Origin: Verrucomicrobiota bacterium
GTDB lineage: Bacteria; Verrucomicrobiota; Lentisphaeria; Lentisphaerales; Lentisphaeraceae
NCBI GenBank assembly: GCA_039798785.1
Contig: JBDKFG010000004.1
Span: forward strand, 32,001-96,000
Reading direction: 5' to 3'
Length of the DNA stretch: 64,000 bases
The position numbers were made by a program, and so were the translations under genes. Of the stretch, positions 1 to 9,100 are shown one piece after another; positions within the stretch are counted from its first letter, which is position 1, and the number at the start of each line of letters is the position of its first letter. Below the pieces are notes generated by a model that saw nothing but the letters and a program-made list of their open reading frames with translations, was not told the origin of the DNA and searched no databases.

Positions 1-484
1 GGGCCTCGATAATTTCGACCCGTTCCTGCTGCCATTCCTTGCCACGAGCGCCAGGGTTGTTAATCGGGGCGCCGAGTTCCTGCCAATACAGCACTCCGTG
101 GTGGAGGCCGATCATCGCCGAAAAGAGAGATGCGTCGGACGCGGACATGCCCTTGGCGAGGAACCAGTCGTAGAGTGCGGACTGGCTGACCTTTTCATGG
201 CCGTGTTGTTTGAGCTCTTCCCAGCCTTCCCGCAAGGCCAGATCTTCCAGGCCTTCTCGGGCCAGCCAGATCGGGCTTTTGCTAAGGAAGCCCGGCGAGT
301 GTTTACCGACATCATGTCCCGCGGCCAAAAAGGCCAGAAACTCCGGCGACAAGCCCAAGGCTTTGGCCTGGGCTGGGCAGCGCCGCAGCCAGACCATGGC
401 CACAGCCCCGACATGGATACAATGCTCAAACACCCCGATTCCCGGCTCGCCGGCTTTGTTGGTCTTGGCCCAGTTGCGTTTCAT
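1..484 (-). CDS. cas3: Cas3-type HD nuclease domain, 5' part of gene running off the window (absent from the ORF track)
   Basis: Manual translation from ATG 484 (GGAG RBS): MKRNWAKT...FEHCIHVGAVA...AAGHDVGKHSPGF...HGHEKVS...MIGLHHG...EWQQER, open to the edge. WAK, H, HDxGK, H and HHG motifs are in Cas3-HD order. Confidence 0.8.
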   Translation of the reverse strand, partial: MKRNWAKTNKAGEPGIGVFEHCIHVGAVAMVWLRRCPAQAKALGLSPEFLAFLAAGHDVGKHSPGFLSKSPIWLAREGLEDLALREGWEELKQHGHEKVSQSALYDWFLAKGMSASDASLFSAMIGLHHGVLYWQELGAPINNPGARGKEWQQERVEIIEA

Positions 485-529
485 GTGGAGATCTCCGTTG
501 TGTTTTGTAGCGTCTATGCCCCAACTATG

Positions 530-552
530 TTGCAAATCGTCTTGATTTGCAA
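530..552. promoter_or_regulatory. Candidate operator between cas3 and the XRE gene
   Basis: Inverted repeat TTGCAAATC-gtctt-GATTTGCAA in the 120-bp divergent intergenic gap; TGTTGCAAA recurs at ~569-577. Confidence 0.45.
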
Positions 553-604
553 GGCTAAAAATGCATTTTGTTGCAAAATTTTTCGGATAGGCTAGCTTTG
601 CCCC

Positions 605-958
605 ATGAGACTCAACGAAAACGAACAGCAAGCGCTCAAGGAGTGGCTTAAGCACCGCAGCTACAGAGATGCTGCGGCGCAACTTGGTGTCAATTTCACC
701 TCAATCGGTCGTTGGCTGAATGGCAGCGGCATGCATCCGGCCCAATACGACACGCTGATCAAACAGCTTCAGCCCTACTTGGCTTCCTCCCCGACTCCTT
801 CGGCGCCGATCCGCCCGAGCTTGCGAGAGTGTTATGAGCGCCTTTGCGCCCTGGAAGACAACCAAGCTCCCATGCTCCCCTTGATCTTGCACAGTATCAA
901 GACCTGCCCTCTCGGTGACGGCCCGAGCTCACAATCGCCGAAATCCAGCCTGCACTGA
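605..958 (+). CDS. XRE-family helix-turn-helix protein
   Basis: SYRDAAAQLGVNFTSIGRWLNG HTH-like motif; divergent from cas3. Confidence 0.7.
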   Translation: MRLNENEQQALKEWLKHRSYRDAAAQLGVNFTSIGRWLNGSGMHPAQYDTLIKQLQPYLASSPTPSAPIRPSLRECYERLCALEDNQAPMLPLILHSIKTCPLGDGPSSQSPKSSLH

Positions 959-984
959 CTCCCTTCTAATGTTTCCTTCTTCGA

Positions 985-1526
985 GTTTTCGCATGCGAAA
1001 ACCAACGATCTTTATCACCTCGCTCCCGAAGGCATGTCTCACGCGAAGTCGCGAAAGCGCGAAGGGGCCTCTACTTCAAACTCCCTCTCGGCGACCTCCC
1101 AAGCTCACAATCGCCGAAATCCATCCTTCGCAAGGTTTCCGTCCTCGAGTTTTCGCATGCGAAAACCAACGATCTTTATCACCTCGCTCCCGAAGACATG
1201 TCTCACGCGAAGTCGCGAAAGCGCGACTCAAACGAACGACTTTTGTCACTCCGGTCCAAAATGCTGATCTGACCCCATGCCACAAAAGCGCGAAGGCATT
1301 TGGGATGCAACTTCAACCTCCCCGCTGACTCTCCACCTTGAGTCGGGCTAGACCCAAGCGGGTCTCTGTTCAAGCAGAGGAGCACAGGTCGGATCTTTTT
1401 CGCATGCGAAAACCAGAAGACTTAGCCGAGCGAGATCACCCCAATAACAGGCCGCGAAACTGCACAGCCGCGAGCATCCCAAGGAAATTCCCGGATCCGC
1501 CACACCCCACTTTTCGCATGCGAAAA
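985..1526. repeat. Cluster of four (G)TTTTCGCATGCGAAAA(C) palindromes, parS candidate
   Basis: Copies at 985-1002, 1149-1166, 1397-1412 and 1511-1526. The first two lie in an imperfect direct duplication (~926-1061 / ~1103-1225). A fifth copy is inside parB. Confidence 0.75.
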
Positions 1527-2331
1527 CCCGGAGCTCGAGAACGTGCCTAATCTCGCCTCGGTTTGTCGGCGCTTGATTGCCGACAGAGTTCAGTTCGAAT
1601 ATAAAGCACCGCATCCAGGCAAAAGGCGCGGGCTTTCCCCAGTCCGATTGAGGTCAGGTCCGGAGGTAGGATGGTGCCACAATTCCATCCTGGCTTCCTT
1701 TCTGCCAGCTCAGCATGCATGGCAGAAGGGACAATGTTTCGGGTACTGATTTTGGTACATCATTTACTTGTCCTCGTTGATCGTGTCTATCTTCCAACAA
1801 GAGAATATCAGAAGCTCAACTGTCACGAGTTCTAGGTGTAGTCCCGGATTCCGCGGGTTGTTGAGTCATATGGCGGGAGCCGCAAACAAGTCGGGTGAAG
1901 CCGGGACTACAAACTTGAGCTCAAAAGAGGAGGGGGAGGGAGTGAGATGGAGCCCGCCACCGATTATCCATCGCGATAGAAGGGGAGGGGAGGGGAGGGG
2001 GTGGTCCACAATTCCCATTTACCCTCCCAGCACTCCTTGGCATCCCTTTGAGCCAAAGATGTCGCAGTGATGCCAAACGGATCTTTACGAAAAAGTTCTT
2101 TCGAGTCTTTCGTAGTAGAATCGCTTTCCGGCTTTAGCGGAATAGGGGAGGGGCCCGAGACCTAGTGGTCATGGAGATCCTTCCTCATTGCACCCCCCAT
2201 TTCAAAAAAATTCTCGCCAAGCGCTAAATTTCTCTACAAATCACCCGCATTGCCCCTAGCCATTGAGCGCTCTAGGCGCTAGACTCCAGAAATCGAAATT
2301 TACAACCCAAACCGAGACCGAAGGAGTCGCC

Positions 2332-3246
2332 ATGCCCATCAGCTTCACATTTTGCAACCAAAAAGGTGGCGTCGGAAAAACCACGCTGTCTTATCACCTC
2401 GCCCATTATCTCCAACAACTGGGTAAAAAAGTCTTGGTGGTGGACCTCGACGGCCAGGGCAATATCAGCTCTCGCTTGACCCCGGAACTCAAGCCCGGCT
2501 GTTATCGGAGCCGCCATCTCTTCGATGCCAAACTGGTCCCGGCGGAGATCATGCAGACCGAGTCGGGCATTGACCTGATTTATGCTCTCGACGGCGACAA
2601 TGAGCTGCACGGCATCGAAAAAGAAGACCTCAAGGTGATCGGCAACTTCAATCAGAATTTGGGTCAGCTTTCCGAGTCTTATGATTACGTCGTCATGGAC
2701 ACTCCTCCAGCTCCTGGAGTGAAATTGTTCGCCGGAGTTTTGACCGCCGACCATGTCTATGTGCCGGTGGAGTTGTCCGCCTTTGCTGTCTCGGGCGTCT
2801 CCCAGGTTCTGCGGAGCTTCGGCGTCTTGTCGCGACAGCTCAACACCCCGATCCGCTGCGCCGGCATCATCGTCAACAAATTCAACAGCCGGGTCGACTC
2901 GCATCACAAGGCCGTCGCCGAAATCCGCAAGGAATCGGGCAACCTGGTGATGAACTCCCAACTGGTGATCCGCGGCACCTTCGACAATGCGATGACCATC
3001 GGCAAACCCGTCTGGGATGTCCGCGCCACTGGAGCCCAACGAGAATCCGGACAGGAAATGGTGGCTTTGATGGAAGAGATTTGCACCAACAGCGGCATTG
3101 ATGTCAGCCAGCACCCCTCGCGTCAACACCTGGTGAAGAAGCCGACGCCGAGTCCTGCCGTCAAAGCGCCTAAGCCGTCGCCCAAAGCGAAAGCCAAAAC
3201 CAGCGCTCCCAAAGCCGCCGCCAAAACCGTCAAGAAGAAGGCTTGA
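2332..3246 (+). CDS. parA: ParA/Soj-family ATPase with K/A/P-rich tail
   Basis: NQKGGVGKTT, VDLDGQGN and YDYVVMDTPP motifs; AAGGAG RBS before ATG 2332. Confidence 0.93.
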   Translation: MPISFTFCNQKGGVGKTTLSYHLAHYLQQLGKKVLVVDLDGQGNISSRLTPELKPGCYRSRHLFDAKLVPAEIMQTESGIDLIYALDGDNELHGIEKEDLKVIGNFNQNLGQLSESYDYVVMDTPPAPGVKLFAGVLTADHVYVPVELSAFAVSGVSQVLRSFGVLSRQLNTPIRCAGIIVNKFNSRVDSHHKAVAEIRKESGNLVMNSQLVIRGTFDNAMTIGKPVWDVRATGAQRESGQEMVALMEEICTNSGIDVSQHPSRQHLVKKPTPSPAVKAPKPSPKAKAKTSAPKAAAKTVKKKA

Positions 3247-3248
3247 TC

Positions 3249-4334
3249 ATGAAAAAAATCGACTTTTCAGGTTTGGCCTCCAGCATTGATGAATTGGAGG
3301 GGAGGGACCAAATGGGGAAAATCCTTTACCTCGACCCCGACAAAGAAATCCTTGTCAGCCCCCAGGTCCGCCGCGCCTTCCATGAAGTCGAGCGTCTCGC
3401 CGAGATGATTCTCAAGGAAGGCCAGACTGATGCGGTCAAGGTCCACCCGAAAGATCACACCGGCAGATACCCGCTTCTCCACGGCGAGAACCGTCAACGG
3501 GCCGTCTCGCTCTTGCGCTCGCAAGGACATCCGATTCTGCTCAAAGCCGAACTGGTGCAAAAGCCTTTGACCGAGTCCGAGCGCGTCGCCTTACAAGCGA
3601 CCAACAACATCCACCGCAACGACCTCAACCCGATCGAAATCGGCATGGCCTTGACCGATTACCGCCGGCTGCGCGAACAGGAAACCGGCCAGAAAGTGAC
3701 CAACGGCATGTTGGCGGAACGCTTTGGCCGGGACGATTCCTGGGTGTCGAAATACCTCGCGATGAGTGATCTGCCGGAATGTATCGTTTCCCTGGTCTTT
3801 AGCCGCCTCACTTCCGACATCGAACTCCTCGGCGATTTGAAGCAATATCACCGCCTCGACAAAGAGGCTTGCGAGAATTATTGCCAGGAGATCATCAAGG
3901 GCGACACCTCCCTCCTGACCCGGAAATACACCCGCAATTTGGTCGCTACCTTAAAAGGACGGGTCACGCCTCCGTCCGAAGAAAGCACCCCGAGCGACCC
4001 TATCGCCCCGAGCCTTCCGACACCTCAAGGGGATTCGGTCGAGTCGGCCAAAATTTCGCATGCGAAAATCACCGTCCCAGAGCCAGTCGAAGTCAAGCCG
4101 GCACCGCTCAATCTTTCCGCGCCCAACAAGGGAACGGGTAAAGCGAGCCCTCAAGGAATGCCCGCATTACATGTCCGTTTCAAGCTTGAAGGCAAGTCGA
4201 TCGAGGGGATTCTCCTTTCGCAAAAGCCAGAAGATGTTACCCTGGGCCTGGTCCAATACAAAAGCAAAGGCACCGCCGGGGTCGTGAGCTGCCAAGTTCC
4301 CTTGAAGGATCTCACGCTCTTGCGCTGGAGCTGA
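3249..4334 (+). CDS. parB: ParB/RepB/Spo0J-family partition protein
   Basis: QVRR, HGENRQRA and NIHRNDLNPIE motifs, then an HTH (LAERFGRDDSWVSKYL); directly follows parA. Confidence 0.9.
   Translation: MKKIDFSGLASSIDELEGRDQMGKILYLDPDKEILVSPQVRRAFHEVERLAEMILKEGQTDAVKVHPKDHTGRYPLLHGENRQRAVSLLRSQGHPILLKAELVQKPLTESERVALQATNNIHRNDLNPIEIGMALTDYRRLREQETGQKVTNGMLAERFGRDDSWVSKYLAMSDLPECIVSLVFSRLTSDIELLGDLKQYHRLDKEACENYCQEIIKGDTSLLTRKYTRNLVATLKGRVTPPSEESTPSDPIAPSLPTPQGDSVESAKISHAKITVPEPVEVKPAPLNLSAPNKGTGKASPQGMPALHVRFKLEGKSIEGILLSQKPEDVTLGLVQYKSKGTAGVVSCQVPLKDLTLLRWS
4054..4067. repeat. parS-candidate palindrome inside parB
   Basis: TTTCGCATGCGAAA, same core as the 985-1526 cluster, located in the low-complexity linker region of parB. 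Confidence 0.7.
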
Positions 4335-4402
4335 TTGGGGCAAAATCAGCCAGAAGGGGAGGGGCTCGCAGACTGGGGGCTTCTCTTTCCGGGCGAGTTT
4401 GG

Positions 4403-4437
4403 AAACCTTTACTAGCGGCGGGCGCTAGTAAAGGTTT
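4403..4437. terminator. Bidirectional terminator-like hairpin between parB and fic
   Basis: AAACCTTTACTAGCG-gcggg-CGCTAGTAAAGGTTT, a perfect 15-bp stem between convergent genes. Confidence 0.7.
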
Positions 4438-4522
4438 TGGCGTTTTTCTTGACGAGTGGCTGGGTCTTATGTAGAGATCCTTACATAGCGAGGCGATCTT
4501 ATGTAAGGATAAGCGGATATCC

Positions 4523-5656
4523 CTACACAGTGAAGATCCTTATGTAGGCTTCGAAGGAGTAAACCCGACCGCGTTTTTGCCCTGTGAGCTCAGTCAAGAT
4601 CCCCAAGCGCACAAAACTATCAATGATATTTTTGGCTGTTGGATGTGCGATTTCCAAGGCAGATTCAAGTTCGGCCGAGGTGGTGCTTGGGTGTTTGTAG
4701 AGATAGTTCAGCGCCAAACGGGCGTTGGGTGCCTGCCGTCCCAAGCTCAGGATGTCATGCTCGACCTTCTGGCGCAGTAACAGGACCTGGCTGAAAACCT
4801 CGCGGCCCTTGGTCGCGGTCTCGACGATGCCGCGTAGGAAGAAGCGGACCCAGTGGATGATGTCGTTGGACAGGCGGGCCTGCATCAGGGCAGCGTAGTA
4901 GCTGGCGCGGTTGCGCTCGAAGAAGTCCGACAGGTAGAGCGATGGCTTGGCGAGCAGGCCGTGGTTGATCAGGTAGAGGGGGATGAGGAGGCGACCGATG
5001 CGGCCGTTGCCGTCGAGGAAGGGGTGGATGGTCTCGAACTGGTAATGGGTGAGGGCGGCGCGGACGAGGTGCGGCACGGTAATCGCTTCGTTGTGCCAGA
5101 ACTGCTCGAGGTCGCTCATCAAGTCGATGACGCCGTCTTGATGCGGCGGGATGAAGGCGGCGTCGATCAAGCTGGAGCCGCCGATCCAGTTCTGGCTGCT
5201 GCGGAACTCGCCGGGAAGTTTGCGCTCGCCGCGAACTCCGGAGAGCAGGGTGGCGTGGGTCTGCTTGAGGAGGCGGTTGGAGAGCGGCAGGGTCTTCAGG
5301 TCGATCACCGCCTGGTTGAGGGCGGCGATGTAGTTGCGCACCTCGCGCCAGTCGTCGCGCTTCTCCGGCTTGATCTGGTCTTCGCTCATCAGGGCTTCTT
5401 CAAAGCCGGTCTGGGTGCCTTCGATGCGGCTGGAGGTCTGCGCCTCCTTCACCACATGCAGCTCGATGAAGAGATCGATGTCGGGGATGATCAAGGAGAA
5501 GGCGTTGAGTTCGCCGAGAGCGCGATTGGCCTGCTCCAGCAAGGCGTTGATCGGCGGATCCTCCCAAAACCACTGACGGTTCACCGTCACCGGCTCGAAG
5601 CTTTTGTACTGGTAGCGCTGCACCCACTCGCCGGCGCGGAAAGTTTCGAATTTCAT
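4523..5656 (-). CDS. Fic-family protein
   Basis: HPFLDGNGRIGR signature, N-terminal EAQTSSRIEG and C-terminal wHTH. Confidence 0.95.
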   Translation of the reverse strand: MKFETFRAGEWVQRYQYKSFEPVTVNRQWFWEDPPINALLEQANRALGELNAFSLIIPDIDLFIELHVVKEAQTSSRIEGTQTGFEEALMSEDQIKPEKRDDWREVRNYIAALNQAVIDLKTLPLSNRLLKQTHATLLSGVRGERKLPGEFRSSQNWIGGSSLIDAAFIPPHQDGVIDLMSDLEQFWHNEAITVPHLVRAALTHYQFETIHPFLDGNGRIGRLLIPLYLINHGLLAKPSLYLSDFFERNRASYYAALMQARLSNDIIHWVRFFLRGIVETATKGREVFSQVLLLRQKVEHDILSLGRQAPNARLALNYLYKHPSTTSAELESALEIAHPTAKNIIDSFVRLGILTELTGQKRGRVYSFEAYIRIFTV

Positions 5657-5745
5657 GGGCTCACCTTGGTATTGCCGATTTTACTACTCATTTGGGGGCT
5701 GTATCCTTTATCACAGGCCTCGCGCCCCTTTCCTCCCAGCGATGC

Positions 5746-6099
5746 CTATTGAAGCGACAGCGGGTAACGCTGCTCGGTGGGGCCAAAACCCTTGTCGACC
5801 ACCAAATTGCCTTTGAGGATTACCCAGAATTCCGTCGCCTCCCTGGTCTCGGTGCTTTGCGCGATCAAGGGCACAACCCGAGTGTGGGTGATTTCCTTGA
5901 TCCAGGAAAGCTTGCTGCGACCATCCCCGAGATCAAGAGTGCTGGTGGGTTTGCCCAAGGCCAGCAAGACATCCGCCTGACTGCTTTTGCCGACGACGAC
6001 GGCAACCTGTTGGCTGGCGCTCGGAATGGCACCCATGGTGTTGGAGGTCACGCAACTCGAAAGGACAAAGACGAAAGCAAGACTCAGAAAAAGACGCAT
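5746..6099 (-). CDS. Small lipoprotein (BamE/SmpA-like)
   Basis: Hydrophobic signal with lipobox LSSC; GKSSQADVLLALGKP motif. Confidence 0.65.
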   Translation of the reverse strand: MRLFLSLAFVFVLSSCVTSNTMGAIPSASQQVAVVVGKSSQADVLLALGKPTSTLDLGDGRSKLSWIKEITHTRVVPLIAQSTETREATEFWVILKGNLVVDKGFGPTEQRYPLSLQ

Positions 6100-6151
6100 G
6101 GGGGGAACTCCTGGGGTTTTGTGTTGAGGATTAAAATTGGGGCGCGGAAGC

Positions 6152-9100
6152 TTAAATCACCCCCAACTCGTTTTGCAGATACACCGTGGCGTCGCCCTTG
6201 GTGTACTTTTCGAAGCCGTTGGCGAGTTCCACAAAGATCCAGCCGGCCTCTTTGTCCCAGTTGCCCAAGGCGTTGCTGCCGGTGATCTTCACCGTGCCGG
6301 TGCCACCCGAAAGAGTGAGGACATCGGCAAGTTCCATCTTCAGATTCACGGCGTTGCTGCCCAGATCGATGACTTCGATGTTCGTCAGGCGATCATTCGG
6401 GATCAAGGTCAAATCCAAGTGGGTTGAAATCTTGACCGTGTCTTTTCCGGTGCCGCCATCGATCAGGGCGAAGTCGATGGTGGGGGAGTTGGTAGCAAAG
6501 GAGAATATGTCATCGCCACCGTTGCCCAGCAAAACATCGCCGCTGCCAATTTCCTTGATGATGTCCCGTCCTTCCGTGCCAGTAATTTTCCCCGCATTGG
6601 GAAGGCAATTCCATGTCGCCGCCATCACTTGGCCATCAGCGGTGTAGCGTTGGAGGTAGACGCCATCATAGATGTAGTTGCCATCATAATAGCCGTCTTC
6701 CCCATAGGAGTCCCAGGCCACCACGAAGCCTCCATCATCCATTGCAGCAATCGACGGAGCTGTTTGATCACTGTTGATATAAGAGTTTACGTGAATTTCT
6801 TCAGTCAGAGCCAGTCCGGTAGAATTGAAAATTCTTGCATAAATTCCTATCCCATTGCCGGAAGGCAAATCAATATCGCTCTCCCAGGAAACCACAAAAT
6901 TCCCATTGCTAAGTGTCGTGACAACAGGATTTTCCTGATCATATTGAGTGGTTACATTAATGCCAAACTCAGAACCAATCATCACCCCAGAGGAATTATA
7001 AATTTGACCATATAAACCATTATAACTTCCATCTTGTCCGTAAGACTCCCAAACGACGACATATCCACCGTTGCTCAACAGAGACATATCTGAAGAATCT
7101 TGATCATTTAATGAATAGGTGTTGACTTTTGTTTCCCCTCCAACACTTGCACTCACATTGGAATATCTCTGGATTTTCACGCTGTAGTCACTGCCACCAG
7201 AATTATCCGACCAGCTAACAATAAAACCTCCATCCATTGTAGAGATAAGATCGGAGCTATATTGATAGCCAACAGTGCTTGAATTAACCCTGAATTCCGA
7301 CCCAAATTTAGTGGCATTTTCATTAAATCTTTGCCCATAAACCCCCCAAGAGCTCGTCGCATCCTGTCCGGAGGAATCCCAGACGACCACAAAGCCCCCA
7401 TCATTCAAGGATGAAATTTTTGGTAGTTGCTGATTGGAAGATGTGTAGCTGTTGATTTGGAATTCACCGCCGATCCGATCTCCATTGGGAGAAAAAACCT
7501 GGCCAAAAATGCCATTGGATGAACCATCTTGACCATCGGAATTCCAAACTATGACATAATTGCCATTGCTGAGCACCGTAATATCCGAATCTCCTTGGGA
7601 ATTTACCGTTGTAGTATTGACGCGGAACTCGGAGCCAAGACGCGTACAGTCAGACGCAAACATTTGAGCATAAACTCCATATGAATCACCATCCTGGCCA
7701 CTGGAACTCCACGCAACAATAAATGAGCCATCCTTCAATGTGACAACAGCGCTGTAGCCCTGTGTATTTCTTGTATAAGTATTCGCTCTGATCTCAATCC
7801 CATCCGAGGTCGTGATGGGAAGTGCGCTGACGGATTCCAAGGTATCCAAGCTGTCGCTGTAAGTGGCGATGGCAGTGATTTGGAGGTTTTTGAGGCTAGG
7901 CGAGAGATAGAGGCTGGATCCGTAGCCGACAGTGTTGCCGTTCTGGTCTTTCCAGGTGTAGTTCACTGCACCAAGCCCGTCGATGTCGGCGAGAGTGTTG
8001 GTCACGGTCAAAGTGCTGCCGATGGCGGTGAGCCCATGGATGATCACTTCGCCCGTAGGCGCATGGTTGATACTGCTGACCGCCGCGGAGGCGCTGGACG
8101 CGACAGTCTCTTGGGTGCCCAGGGCATCCGTGTAGGCCGCGTGAAGGACGATCTTTTTACCGAGATGTGAGGGGCCAAGATTCAGACTTTGACCTTGGCC
8201 GAGGACATTGCCGGCTTCGTCTTTCCATGTGTAGGAGATGGTCCCGAGGCCATCGACATCGCCGAGAGTGTTGGCTGCCGTGAGGGTTTCGAAGATCAGC
8301 GGGGAGCCGAGGATGCTGACGATGCCGCTGGGAGTGTCGTTGACATTGGCAATCAAGGAACTGGCGGACGAGACGGCTTCGCTGCTGCCGCCGGCGTCGG
8401 TGTAGGCGACGACACATTTCAGCGTTTTGCCGACAAAGGCCTGGGTGAGGTTGAGGTTGCTGCCCGTGGCGAGGGTGGCACCAGATTCATCCACCCATTT
8501 GAAGACGATACCAGTGATGCCATTGGGGCTATCGGCATCCGTCAGGTTATGGCTGGCGGTGAGTGTTTGTCCTTGGGTCGGAGTGCCGCTGACAGTGACC
8601 GAGCCGCTAGGTGCAGCATTGGCGCTGCGAATCGTGGTGCTCAGGGCGGAATTCACCTGCTCGACGAAGCCGCCGTTGTCGATGTAGCCGGCCTGGACAT
8701 AAAGGCTGCTGCCGAGGAGATTGCTGGCGATGGTGTAGGTCTCGCCGGTGCCGAGGAGCTGATGAGCTTGGCTGTACCACTTGTAGCTGATGGCACCGAG
8801 TCCATCGGCATCGCTGAGCAATTGGCTGGCGCTGAGGGTCGAGCCGATGCGGAGATTGCCGCTGAAACTGACCTGGCCGCTGGGGCTGTCGTTGATATCC
8901 GCGATGACATTGCTGAGCGCGGAGCTACTCGCTTCGAGATGGCCTTGGCCGTCGGTGTAGGAGGCGAAGAGCTGGATCTTCTTGCCGACATGAGCTTGGG
9001 CAAGGCTGAGGGAGCTGCCGTGGCCAAGAATGACGCCGTTTTCGTCTTTCCAGGTGTAGGTGATCGGGCCAAGTCCGTCGGCGTCGAACAAGCTGCTGAC

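Noticed and set aside
98..595. Plus-strand 165-aa and 111-aa ORFs
   Set aside because: They are antisense to the motif-bearing Cas3-HD frame.
915..2070. Short ORFs containing FRMRK
   Set aside because: FRMRK is the translation of the palindrome; no RBS or domain support.
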